Assembly (NCBI GenBank): GCA_030704615.1
Contig: CM060731.1
Location: 15,252,001 to 15,316,000, forward strand
DNA: 64,000 nt
DNA from: Takakia lepidozioides
Taxonomy: Eukaryota > Plantae > Bryophyta
Reading direction: 5' to 3'
Part shown: positions 1-12,127 of the stretch, piece after piece
How the letters are laid out: each line of letters begins with the position of its first letter
How positions within the stretch are numbered: the first letter of the stretch is position 1
Made by a program: the position numbers and the translations under genes
The notes under the pieces: generated by a model
What the model was told of the DNA's origin: nothing
Database searches by the model: none
Seen by the model: only the letters and a program-made list of their open reading frames with translations

Positions 1-979
1 AGAAGCCCAGCTAGTCCACTGGAAGACGTGGGAGGGTTGAGCTCAAACAAGATGTCCCCATCAAACTCTGCTGGCACGTATTGAACCCGATGCATACGAA
101 GAGACTCCCAATCAACAAAACGCAGCTCGCTCTTACACCCAGAAGTGCGTCAAAATGAAGGGTCTGGAAGCTAGAAAGCAGGTGCACACTCACATTATCC
201 AAAGTGGATTCACGCCAAGTGTTTTTCTCCTCAACACCCTTGTGAGCATGTATGTTAAGTGCAGGAGCATCATGAATGCACACCGAGTGTTCAACAGAAT
301 GCCTCAACGAACTTTGATCACGTTGAATATAATGTTGGCAGAATTTAACATGGATGTGGTAGGAATGCTTCGGAGACCTATGAGCAAATGCTGCGCGAAG
401 GGCCGGTGAAGCCCAACCACATCACCTTTGTTGGTGTTTGCAATGCGTGTGCAAGCCTGGCAGCCTTGGAAAAGGGGAAAGAGGTCCATGCTGACATCGT
501 CAAAGCTGGAATTGTACCAGATGTCACCCTAAACTGACAGGTTTGCCAAATGTGGGTGCATTCAGGATGCGAAGGGAGTATTCCACACTCTGGTTGAACG
601 AGATGTGGTGTCGTGGAACGCGATGCTTGCAGGGTATGCACAGCAGGGGTACGGGATGGAGGCTTTGGAGACCTATGATGGGGGCAGGGGTGAAGTGTAA
701 CCAGATCACGTTTGTGTGTGTTTGCAATGCTTGTGCAAGCTTGGCAGCCCTGGAAAAGAGCAAAGAGATCCATGGTGACATCATCAAATCTGGAATTGCA
801 CCTGATGTCATTCTGAACACTGCCTTGGTGGACATATATGCCAAATGTGGGTGCATTGAGGATGCAAAGGGAGTGTTCGACAGTATGGCTGAACGACATG
901 TGGTGTCGTGGAGTGTGATGATTGCAGGGTATGCACAGCAAGGGCGCGGGATGGAGGCTTTGGAGACCTAGGGGCAAAT

Positions 980-1321
980 GACGAGGATAAGCTGTGGAAT
1001 GAATACTTTTCTAACCCAGTCAATGGTGGGACAATCGAGGCAAGAAGGTGAACGCCTGTTGGATTATAGAGAATAGCACATGCAATTGAGCATATGAACT
1101 AGTGTGATAAGTAGGGTTGGGGTGTTTGCTGGAACAATTCTAGGCTGTCATTGTCAGCTGCTAGAAGCAAGGCGAGGATGTATGTATGATTTGTGTAGAG
1201 GCATGGATAGCTGAAGGAGCAGGGATAGAGTGTGGGTCCAGATTTCATGCTCCAGATTACCTATGATTCGCTGTGGAAGGATATGTACAAGAAACCTGCA
1301 TGGATAGATGATCAACTGGAA
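980..1321 (+). other. PDF motif 1 (OSB/PTAC9-type ssDNA-binding motif), split by about 180 bp of intron or insertion
   Basis: DEDKLWNEYFSNP/SQWWDNRGKKVNA (980-1056, 1-nt deletion) plus GPDFMLQITYDSLWKDMYKKPAWIDDQLE (1235-1321). Fits the PDF pattern W..fF.nP..WWDNR..K.n...PDF......LW.....P.W...qL. Confidence 0.8.
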
Positions 1322-1535
1322 GCCGCAGCAGCAGCGACACAATTGATCAAATCAGGCACTGTTAATCAAGGCACCTTCTTCAACACGTTTCACCCTGTTT
1401 TTCCCTCTTATCAGAATCGGCCCTCAATTTTCATTATGAATTCTGCAAGTTAGCTGGTTGAGTGAACCTTTGATAGTTTGGAGTGATTTTGACATGAAAT
1501 TGCCAACGTGACAATATGAAAGTATGCAAAAACAG

Positions 1536-1600
1536 GTAATAGAGACGAGGAGAAGTTGTGGAACTTTTCTGACCCCAGTCAATGGTGGGACAATCGAGGT
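1536..1600 (+). other. PDF motif 2, N-terminal half, running in frame into the DYW segment FGLMS
   Basis: After a candidate acceptor aaaacag|, reads GNRDEEKLWNFSDPSQWWDNRG. The 26 bp at 1574-1599 are identical to 1015-1040. Confidence 0.75.
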
Positions 1601-2037
1601 TTTGGGCTGATGAGCTACAGGGACGTCTCTCCATCTCGTGAAGAATCTTCGGGTGTGTGGTGACTGCCACACTACCACCAAGTTCGTTTCGGAGTTGTTG
1701 ACCAAATGCAGTTGTAAGGAGTATTGCACTCGATAGTTGTAAATAGAGTCATTCATTCTAGTAGTACCAGAACTGTAGTAGTACTAAAAAACTTCTGCCC
1801 TTGTGTCGGTTTGCTTAATTTTTGGTCCGCATTAGACTTTGAGGCATTCGCGGGGATGCTTGTCCAATTTGGAATTTTGTAATATGATTTGCAGGACTTG
1901 TACAAGCCCCGTTGGCCTTCCATTCTATTTTCCCAAAAATATAATGCAGAATTTAAATCAATTAATAATCTAAATTTTGTAATTTTATAATTTGTTTTAT
2001 TAAATTAAAAACATTATTCAAAAATATTTTAAAAATG

Positions 2038-2404
2038 ACGTGTCAAATTCGCAGTGGCGCACTTGTCCATCCGGCGCCTCTCCACGTAGACATCGCTCTG
2101 TAGACATATAGTCATATGATCCCTTCACGAATGTGTGACGTGTCGCTTGTGTTCCACTGAAGCCTCTCCATGTAGGCAACACTCAGCAGACAAATGTAGT
2201 CATATAGTTAGTCATATGAAAGTTATAGAGTTGTGACTACATCACTCTCTTCTGCATGACTCCAGGTGCCACGCACGCAATCACGGCTATGACTTGCAAA
2301 ACGCAGTCCTAAAGACTAGTCGCTATCACGCCGTTTTTTTCACTTCAAAGTCATATAGTCATGAACGCATATAGGACTGAAAAAATAGTCATATTTGCAG
2401 TAAT
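2038..2404. repeat. Cluster of short repeats (atagtcatat / tgacta), probably a DNA-transposon subterminal region
   Basis: Many direct and inverted copies of agtcatat(ag). Two related units gcctctcca.gtag.ca...ctc...agaca....tagtcatat. The cluster abuts the truncated piggyBac ORF. Confidence 0.4.
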
Positions 2405-2412
2405 AAAAACGC

Positions 2413-4023
2413 TCATCTGTTGTAGTGCTCGGAGTGTTGCCAGTAACATCTGGTTTTAGGTAGCTTCTGTATCCCCATAAAAACGCAGATGCCAATCCAA
2501 GCTCGGAGCTCACTCACTGTTAAAAGCTTCCACCTAGGCCCACCACGCGTGCTCTCACCCAAAGGCTCTAATGCATATGCATTCAATTCCCTGCATACCC
2601 TCTCCAACACACTTTGTCTCCAAAACAAAAAGAAGAACCAAATTGGAGCAGAACCCTTCATCTCCGGGAGGCAGGGACCAGGCTGAGGCCTAGTGAATGC
2701 CTCCCTATCACTAACAAATTCACTTTCAACACACTTTTCCCACGAGCTAGGCTGGAACAACTGCTCAAAAGCGAGGTTTGGTGCCTCATCACCGTCATCT
2801 TCCATTCCCAAAAGGTAAGTGTCCCAGTCTGCCTCGTCGGCATCATAAAAAAAAAATTCATCAAGTTCAGACTGGGGGCCATGGTGTTCGCCGCGAGGAG
2901 CAGAATAGGAACCAGAGACTCCAACGACTCCAGCGACATGCATGGTGTTCGGATGCAACACTCCCAAAGCACACCTAGGACTTTGCACAGTCAACGCAGG
3001 AACAAAATCATGACTGGACTCACCCCCACAAGCAGTCAGGTGTGCCTCATTCCTTCTCCTCACCACACCCCTGGGAGCCATTCTCACACTTGCAGGAATT
3101 TGCCGTTTGGCACAAGCTTGCTGCTTGAAATCCCTGACTGTCGGCATCAGGCCAGACATCCTCTCTCAAAACAGAATTGACAGCCTCACTAAACCCCTCT
3201 TTCTCTCCTTCCTCTCTTCTCTCTCTCCAACCAAGAATAGAAGCCACTTGCCTCTGCCAGAGAAATCGAAAGTTATAAGGACGAGGATGGCGCGGCCAGC
3301 GTTTGGCAGTAGGCGGTCGAGGCAAAGAGGTCAGAAACTCAGGACAAAGACAACCTAGAATTACCTTGCATTGCTCTGCAGTGCAATGCTGCTCTTCCTG
3401 CGCCCACACCCTTATAACCTCTGCCGCAGCTGCATGCTCGGGTGGGGGAGGTGGGGGCTCAAGCAGCTCAGATCCCTTGCGTTTAGGCGCCATAGAATCC
3501 CTGCCACCCACAAATCACAAACATTCAATGCACAGATAGAATCAAGCAAAGCAGGCAGACAATATCATGTAAATGCAAATGTATAAGTGGTTAGATGGCT
3601 GTGCAATACCTGTGAAGCGCCATCGCTGCACATACGCCCCAACACGAAGGTAATGAGCAGGTGTAATGAGAAGGAGCCGCTGTAAAGGCAAAGTCGAGGA
3701 CGATCCCAACAAACGGAACAGATGCGCAGCCACCCCCTGCTCCTCAACAGCGGCACATGAGCTCCCAAAAAAATGAAACCAAGCAATCCAAAATAAGATT
3801 GACGCAACAAAGCCAAAGCGAAGCAAAAACCAAAAAAGAACGAAGCAAAAGCTCGATTACAAGGAGACAATCGTAGCACTCAGGACACGATATGCAAAAC
3901 GCAGAGAACGAGAGAGAAGCTCCCGCCCCCGCCAGCTGCCACCTGATTGGGCCACGTGCCTGGCGTTTTGCGCATGCCGGGAGTCTGCTGCTGTCCGCAC
4001 GGGCGGACATGCAGCCCCCACTG
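2413..4023 (-). mobile_element. piggyBac-like element, 5' part; transposase truncated before the DDD core
   Basis: ORF 2413-3159 contains FTRPQPGP...PIWFFFLFWRQSVLERVCRELNAYA...WKLLTVSELRAWIGICVFMGIQKLPKTRCYWQ, the N-terminal signature of piggyBac (DDE_Tnp_1_7) transposases, after an acidic tract. Upstream exon MAPKRK...(3493-3365) ends at a GT donor. Candidate terminus at 4023 is flanked by TTAC (degenerate TTAA?), with palindrome gtccgc-acgg-gcggac at 3993-4008. Confidence 0.75.
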
Positions 4024-4044
4024 TTACCCGCTGTTTTTTCTTTT

Positions 4045-4390
4045 GATTGCCTGAATTTATCCATTGTGACCCCAGCCCTAAACTTTTGCCTGCTCTCACC
4101 ACTCTTCTCAAAAATGCTTTTGATCTCTAGATCTTGTGCATTCTAGAACCACTCCCGGACAGCCTTGACATTTTGATTGTAGACCCTCCACTGACTTGGA
4201 TGTTACATGCATAGGTAACCTCTTCCATAAAGACACTGTTGGTTCCCCTTCCCTTTGCAAGGATTTTCATCACATGTCATCTCTTCTTGAAAATTATGTC
4301 ATAGGACAGGCCAAAGTTACCAGTACTTGTAATGAGCTTGGTAGAAATGGGGTGACCACTTGGGTGTTGGGGCCTCTATGTTGATAAGAT
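4045..4390 (+). pseudogene. Decayed paralogous fragment of the unknown gene at 12.6-13.0 kb
   Basis: About 4045-4101 is a near-exact reverse complement of about 12990-13047 (LPEFIHCDPSPKL.PALT). Stops follow. The right boundary is uncertain. Confidence 0.5.
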
Positions 4391-5943
4391 ACACTAAGCT
4401 CATTATCAAGATTCTTTTTACAAAACTATAATTTCATATGTATACACTTCTACATAGAAATATAATCTGATTTGTAAAATAATATTCACCGGTTCTTACC
4501 GAATTGTGTTGTTGGGATTCGATAAAGGACCTTTAGACAAGAAAAGTGGGTCCTCCATCCCATGTGTGTTTTGAATCTAAAGAGCAAAATCGGTTTGAAC
4601 TCCTGTATATGAAAATAGCTGGGATATCGCATCTAGGATGATGAACGACTTTGGGAACGTTTATTTACAGGAGAAAAAATGACTTTTGTATACTTTGCTC
4701 GCCACCCATCCAACAAAGTACCAATATTGACCATTTTGCAAGAGTGACAAACTGATTTCAAGTTATTCGAATTCATATACCAAAGTTTGGGTCTTCATCC
4801 TCACTCTACATCATTGCATATTGGGTGCAATACTGTATTTTCACTTGCGCGGAAGACCATGGAGCGCACAAGATCAATTCGGAGGCGGAGTTTTCCGATA
4901 CCTCGCACTCCCAAAATGCCATCTGGCATTGTCTTTAAGAGAGAGAGTCTCACAGCTCCATCGCTCGTATCAATAGCAATGTTAGAACCTGTTGGTGATG
5001 CAACTGGTACTATGCTCCGAAAACCAGGAAACTCGTGCAAGTCCTCATCGTCTAGCCTTGACTCCAACAAAAAAAAAAGATCCTAGAACTTTCGTTATAA
5101 TCTTCCACTTTAGACGGTCAAATCTCCTGAAATTTTTACTGCAGATGACATCGTTTCTTTGAATCATCCTTGAGGCCGCCCACCGTCTCTTTGAATTCGT
5201 TCTTGAGGTCTTTGTATTCATTTTTGAGATATTTGTATTCGTTCTTGAAGTCTTTGAATTCTGGTTTTGTTGATTGAGGAGCATCTCAACATATCATCTT
5301 TCAAAATGAAGCATTCTCAACCTTCAAATAATTATCTTTGGGTCAAAAAATATATCTTGGAGACACCAATACTAGCATCGATGTTACGGGTGAGAAGGTA
5401 TAATTCATGTGTTTCAATTATCACCTATAGTGTCCAAAGACATTAAAAATGTTTTGTATTTTTCAAAATTGAGAAATATTCTTTTGTCCGTTAGTCAACT
5501 AACTGAATAGGATGACTTTGGAACGGTTCATCCCCTCGGATGTTTATCGGTGACGGTATGTCAGGTTTTGGATGGGCCCCACCAAAAACAGGCTCGTCCT
5601 TGAGGGGTTAACTGCATTATCAATGCCACAACCTGAGTCAAGTTCATTTGCAGTGGTATATATTGGAATGATCCACCCAGTCCTTCCAAAATCAGGGAAT
5701 TCTATCCATACTGTTGTGACGTTGAGATTAACCCGTAATAGCTTCAATTCCTTGTAGTGTGAAATTGGAAAAAAGCTCCGCCGTGGTAACTCTGCGATTA
5801 TGCGAGCGCAGATCGCCCACAGGATATCAATACTGGAGTTCGAAGGCGCCCACTTGACGCTTGAGATGCAGGACACAATTGTCAACAACAAGCCGTCATC
5901 GACAATGTTTTATTAACCTGGGTTTTGAACAGTGGACAGTTAA

Positions 5944-6314
5944 GGGCCGCTTTACACTAGGGCCCAAGCCCAAGACCAAGTGAGAATGGAGCATTCCCAT
6001 TGGTGGAGGCCTGAAAATTGGGCCCAACGGCTTTACACTACGGCCCGAGCCCAAGAAAATGGAAGTGGGGCATTTGCCTACATGGCACAAGTTTTGGCGC
6101 CAACTTCTTGGGCCGGACCAAGAAAAAGGAACCCTCTAGAATGGAGACCCAACTCTCAGCTCTTGGGCCCAAGAAGTTTGGTACTAAAATAGACTATTTT
6201 TGTGCGATCATGATTATTTGATCATGACCGTTAAAGTTGGCCCAAGACCAACCCAAGAGTGGTAGAAATTGGGCCCAGGATTTCTTGGGCTTGGGCCCTA
6301 GTGTAAAGTGGCCC
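5944..6314. mobile_element. PIF/Harbinger (Tourist-like) MITE
   Basis: 32-bp TIR gggccgctttacactagggcccaagcccaaga (5944-5975) versus tcttgggcttgggccctagtgtaaagtggccc (6283-6314), 1 mismatch. Flanked by TAA and TTA. Internal gggcccaag repeats. No coding capacity. Confidence 0.85.
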
Positions 6315-6990
6315 TTAGGCATATGGGATATTGCAGTTTCCATCCCTTTCAACTGTTCTGGTGGGAGTCAGATCTTTGATGGCAAGTCCCACGGTGCCCA
6401 TTGCGAAGCTTAGTCGAGAAGTTGCAATGGCATTCAGGAAAGTCTGATCATTGGAGCTTGTTCACGCATCATGTCCTTCACTCACATCCGCAGTTACCTA
6501 TACCCTCTCCCTTCCCGTCTGTCTTCATTTGAAAGTTGAAGGCTTCATCCTCTTGGTAAAACTTAAAAGTTAGCCGTATGGAAATGTTAGTTGACTCTTT
6601 AATGGTGCAACGCTAAGATCTCACACAAGAGAATTTGGTTGGAGTAAGCTAGATGTGGTCGGTAGATAACCAGAAGCAATAATTCTTGGTACCCCCGAAG
6701 GTTCCAAGATGTCATTCCTATGCCCGCATCGTGGAAGGTTTGAGGGGTACCCGACCTGTCCTCCCCAGAAAGGTATGGAGTTCCGGAGTTTGAATGTAAT
6801 TGTAAGAGCTTAATACCGGATTTCACAAATTGATCTTCACCACGAAGATAAAACAGGGTTTTTCAAAACCTCTGGTGTAGTTTGGAGGCAATTGTAACTG
6901 CTCAAAAGAGTGCTCAATTTCTTCTTGGTAGCAAGAGATTGTTCCAAATTTGCATTTTCTGAGGAAAACATCTGACTTTGGGGACATCAG

Positions 6991-9900
6991 AGTTTGGAGC
7001 GCTGATGAAGGCGCTAGGGTACCCTCGCACGATATCGATGGATAGCTTCCGCGCCCCCAACTTTGAACTGGTTGCTGATTGCCTCCATTGGCTAATCCTG
7101 AGGTGAACTTGTCTGGCCTTTGGGCTCCCAGTGGACATCAAGTAAATTCTGTGTGTGTGTCTCTCTCTCTCTGGTACAATGCAGCAGCACAAGCACACAC
7201 TAAGCCTTCCAGCCAGAAGTTCAAACATAAATGCACATTACAAATTCAGAAAATTAAACTATTAGGGATGTTCAGGGAGGACTGTTACATAGCAGAATGT
7301 GTAAGTTCCACCAGACGGTGATAGGGGGCTGTGGCAGTCCAAACTGTGTCTAACTTTACCATCGTCTGGCAAATTGAGTGGGTGTGCAACACGGTCCATT
7401 GTTGGATGAGAGCAGATATGACCCGACAGTAGAACTGGACACATCTATCACAACTGAGAGCCACCGCGTAGCCTTTTTGAAAAGTGCTATACAGATTATG
7501 GTACTGCCTTTCCCTCCGATAAGCACACCCTCTTCAATTTCTTAACTGTGAAGGGTTTTGAATATATGTCCTTCATATATGATGTTACTAACTGGTATAA
7601 CCTCAATGAAGTGTTCCACCTTTCTACCAAAGAACAGGGTTTCAGATTTACAAAACTGTGACAAGAAGGGAGAGAAAGAAGGAAAAAAACTTTTAGAAAT
7701 GTCCCCAGACCCCAGAGGACCAGTGGGACAAAGTAGAACAACAAGAAACCACTTCAAACACAGCCCAAAGACAGTCTCTCATGCAGGTCGGCTGCCAGGC
7801 ACTTGGTTAGAGGTCCACAACTGACATTTGGTTAATATGCAGCTTGCCAGGGCCAGAATTAGGTTAAACCCAAAGCGCTTGTATTCCGCAGACGGGTATG
7901 CTGTGAAGGAACTTCTGAAAATAGCAACACTTCTGCAGCTGGCAACAAATGCTGCCACTGTTGATGAGGTGAATACACTCCCCTTTTAGCTCAATGAAGT
8001 TTGGGGGTCTGATAGCATTACATGCTTCTACCTGTCCACCTCGGCAGCTTCTATTGTCTGTGGTTTAAAAGTGAAGCTGAATCTGGCGAAGGGGGATCAT
8101 GGACTGTCAGAGAGCAATGGCAGAGCCATATTTTTGGAGGGTTCTATCAAGTCAATGAGAATGACTGGAATTTATTATTAAATTGGATTTGTTGCAACAG
8201 GAGATTTCTTAATGACTTGTAAGGGTTTCTGTCAGACAGCGGTTGGTGTATTGCTGTAACGGGTATTGACAGGCAATATGAATGTCTTTGTGAGAGATAC
8301 CATTGTCTGTCTAGAGGTCTGATTTGTCAGTCTCAACTGGGGTGGGTCCCCATTGGTGTGATTGGATTCCTGCCAAGTTATAGGGACCATATGTATGTCC
8401 ATCAGCTGCTTTGTGGTACTAGATATGTTGTGCTCTAAAGGTTTTTTTGTCTTCCTTTCCTTCTTATGTCTCTACATAGTTGACCTTTTCCCTTTCAGTC
8501 TCCGGGGGAGGGAAGTGGGGGTGTGGGAAGGGAAGGTATTCAGGGAGGTTTGAATATTGGATGGTGGGGGGACAGAGTGACAATGCCGAGCTTGGTCCAG
8601 CAATAAAAGCATTTGATGTGAAGGCCACCAGAGTGCTTGTTAGCGAGATTACAAAATGTGGGGCGGCACTCTATGATGTTCTTGAGACAGAACCTGAACT
8701 CCAGGTCTGTCATGGTACCCCTTCCGATTTCCTCTGTGTAGTAAAATGAGCCTACAAAGGGTATGCAGCCTGAAGTATAGTGGGTCTCAGAGTGCAGTAT
8801 TAGTTAATCAACATCATGAGAAAGACAGGACACCGTTCTTTCCAAATTAACATGAGATCCACAACTGTCTAGTTTTTGCTGTCCAACTTGTGCTAATTTT
8901 TATTGGATAGGAAGCAAGATGGAGAGCAACCATGATGAACACTGACATGGATGAAATAGAGCACAGCATGAGAGATGCCATCAGTGCAGTACAAGAGAGC
9001 ATTGCATCCGCAGAACAGGAACAGAGTTCTGTGGAGAGAGACGAGAAGGCCCTGCGTGCTAAGTATGAGAAACGGAAGTTTGAACTGGAGCGCAGTGAAA
9101 AACGCCTCTCTACTCTCCAAAGTGTCAGGTTTGTTGGAGCGACAGAAGACTTTAAGTAGTTTGTTCCGCACCAGGTCTATGTAACTCTATAGGGATGATG
9201 ACCATTGGAAGACCTTGTGAGATAGAGAGAGAGAAAAGCTCTAATGGCCTACTGGTAAATTAGAATAAAAAGAAACAAAGACCCTTTGGGAAGTCCAGGG
9301 CGTGGGAAAAGATGACGAAGACACTTATATTATGTCACTGGAGGCCCCAAGGGCCTATGCACAAACTAGTAAACAAAGAGATGAGATAGAAATGAAATGA
9401 AATGAAATGGTACTCTATAAGATCCAGGGGAAGGTCAAAGAGCCTATGGGACGAGAAAGAAAGGAACAAGAAAGGGAAAGAAAGAAACAAAGAAACAAAA
9501 CACCCTGCCCCGAGCATTTCTAGACAGCCTTATAGAAAGATGTGCTGGATGCCCCTGACCCAAAACAAGGGTTAGGAGTCCTGGAGGGATGAAACCAATA
9601 GGAAGATTAGGAAATGTTTGGGATCCATTTTGGGTTCCACATACTGACCGAGCTGGTTCAACATGCCATTAGTGCTCATGGTGTGAGGATCCTATCTTTT
9701 ACTTTTTCAAGGCCAAAAAGGTGTAGCAAACCTCTCCACATCCATGTCTGGAAGTGGCACAAACAAAGATGCTTTGATGTTCAGGCCAGCGTACATGGAT
9801 GAGTATGAAGTGCTGCAGAAGGATTTGCATGGTTTGTTTTTTGTATATGTGGAGAAACTGCGAAACTTGCAGTGGCTCGAGAGTCAGATGGAAAGCCATA

Positions 9901-12127
9901 GCCGAGATGAACAAGAAAAGCTGGATGAAACAGACCGCCGCATGCGCCGCTTGCAACGTCGGTTACACAATGAGGTCCATTGCTACATGATCTTACCCTT
10001 CCTATGATGGACAACCTCAGAGAACTCCACATCCAAGAATTAAGTCTAGGATGGGCAAGGTTTGTACCATCTCTGGCTTGGGAAAAAAGTGATGGTTGTG
10101 TTGGATGAGAGTTTACTATTGCCACTGGTCATCAGAGCCTGTGGGATTCAAAATTTCTAGACGGGTACAGAAAATTTCTGGAGCTCATTTCCTACATTCA
10201 TGGAGGAAATGAAGTTGATTATGATGCTAGTTGTGATCGGTTTGTTGTCATATATTCCTTTATACAGTCCTTCAGTGGATTGGTTGGACTATTCGACACC
10301 ACATGCAAATTAGTCATGAAAATAATGCAAAACATGAACAAATCTGTGATTGGTTTGACCTGCGGGAACAGGAGCTGTGCATCCTGCGAGGAGAGGAGGT
10401 GGCTGATGATGCAGTTGTGAATATGGAAAGCTCAGAAGAGTCTGAAGGGGAAGGAACCAACTTCTGGAATTGGTACAATGGGGGTGCATCAAAGTCTAGA
10501 ATGCAGAAAGACTTGGAAGCATTCGGCAGTAGCAGCAGTGACAATGCTTTCCCCAAGGTGAGCCTAAACTCCTATCTTGGTAACATCAACTGACAACATA
10601 AGAATACCTTGTTTCTTGTGACTGAGCTGTTGTGACCAAGACCAGAGCTGGATCCTTAAGTATTCTATCATTAGCATCTGTGTGAGATGGACCCAGGGTC
10701 AAGGAACAATCTCAGCACTACAGTTGCACCCTCCAGGCTATGGTACCAAAATATCATATCATAGCCAAAAGTCTTTTCTTCATTTCGACTCCACAAAGAA
10801 ATCTGCATGGATTTCTCCAAATGGTGGGTGTTACCCGCCATCTGATAAAACTTGGTCAGAACAGCAGCTTGCCGGACTTCTTGATTGCTCAATAAGTTAT
10901 CCTCCCATCCCTTTATTTGTTGACCTGGCTAAATGAATTAAGCTAAGAGTACTGAACCTTTGTTCCAACTTGTTGGAACAAGACTTCTGCTTGCTCACCA
11001 AGTAAAGGGGAGAAAGCATGGGGTTGATCACAAACTTCCTCACCATCTCGTCAGGTGGCCCTGACAATTGAACATGTGCTTAAAAAGAGATAATTAAGAA
11101 GTGTTGATGAAGTACCAGGGAATTCCTCTGAGGACACAGTGAGCCTATGAACTACGTCTGTATGCATCTTCAGCCAGCCAGACTGACTAACTACTCGGTT
11201 CTCATCTGTCCTGAAAGTTGTTGAAAAACTCTTGTAAGAAGAAAGAATGACATCATCCCCAACTCCTGTGGGGTAATCGAATATATATATATATAGATTG
11301 TGCTGTGGTGGTTCACCATCTCAGGCTACCGAAGACCTGCACTGGCCTAGTCCTTGCCACATTCTAATACTCCCAGTATGGAACTTACACAAGTTCTCCC
11401 TAGTAAGTTTCTTGACATTATTTTGTTGACTATCTCCTTTCTAGCACAAATTTTGGATCCCAAGCAGCCCAACTGAGTCATTTCTCTTACTGTTTTTGTT
11501 CAATCCCTTCTAGAGACTCTACACTGCTGACATGGTGAGTACCAATCGGACTTGAAGAGCACACATTCACTAGTTGGCAACTATGGTGTTAGCAGAGGCC
11601 TTTGAATTGGAGTGGAAGTAGGTTGAGTATCGTCAACAAGAGTACACCAGACATTTCTTCGCCGAGACTCAGCAAGAGACCCAGCACCCAGGGAAGTGAT
11701 GCAGACCCTGACGTAGCTCAGCACACGGGATCAGTGGGGGAAGAGAAGATGACCCGCACAGTGGACTCCATAGAAGCTTCACTCAACGGATCTGAAGTCT
11801 CTAGGGTCAGCTTCTTCATCTTTCTGAGAACCTCTATAGAGGGGGTTTAACTTTGGTCTAGTTCTTTTCTTCATCAGTATGTGAAGAATACACCAGAGCT
11901 CATCTTGTGTGCGGGGGGGGGTTAAGGATCAAGAGATAAAGAGACTAATTTGTTTCCTTCTCTTCACAGTTTTGATGGAATCTGGTGTAGTAGCCTTTGT
12001 AATGACTGCAACAAGCTTTTGTTGATTTGTTATGTAGGATCTTGACGAAGCGGATGAGGACCTTTTGGACATTGACGGCATATATAACAATGACATTGAC
12101 GGTAATACCAGTGATGATGATTTCTGA
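6991..12127 (+). CDS. CLUAP1: Clusterin-associated protein 1 / IFT38 (intraflagellar transport complex B)
   Basis: GT-AG exons 6991-7102 (FGALMKALGYPRTISMDSFRAPNFELVADCLHWL), 7416-7500, 7843-7968 (KRLYSADGYAVKELLKIA), 8576-8704, 8911-9128 (KRKFELERSEKRLSTLQSVR), 9785-9974 (PAYMDEYE), 10372-10557, 11596-11805 and 12038-12127 (ends SDDDF*). The first short exon and ATG are unresolved; a candidate ATG is at 6775. Confidence 0.93.
9389..9520 (-). mobile_element. 3' end of a non-LTR retroelement with a (CATTT)n tail, in a CLUAP1 intron
   Basis: (gaaat)4 followed by ggtactctataagatccaggggaaggtcaaagagcctatgggac, homologous to 22525-22583. Confidence 0.55.

Larger units (their letters stand above)
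140..1736 (+). pseudogene. PLS-class PPR gene with OSB-type PDF motifs and a C-terminal DYW deaminase remnant; frameshifted and internally deleted
   Basis: PLS repeats (KQVHTHIIQSG..NTLVSMYVKC; NQITFVCVCNACASLAALEKSKEIH; NTALVDIYAKCGCIEDAKGVFDSMAERHVVSWSVMIAGYAQQG) across shifting frames, with an in-frame stop at 969-971. PDF motifs at 980-1321 and 1536-1600. DYW pieces FGLMS, LHLVKNLRVCGDCHTTTKFVS and CSCKEYC at 1601-1727. HxE motif absent. The gene start may lie upstream of 140. Confidence 0.85.

Noticed and set aside
1270-1320. KKPAWI read as the PG box of a PPR E+ domain
   Set aside because: The context (PDF...LW...KPAWIDDQL) fits the end of a PDF motif better.
1015-1599. 26-bp direct repeat read as a TSD or TE terminus
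   Set aside because: Both copies translate as the conserved SQWWDNRG core of tandem PDF motifs.
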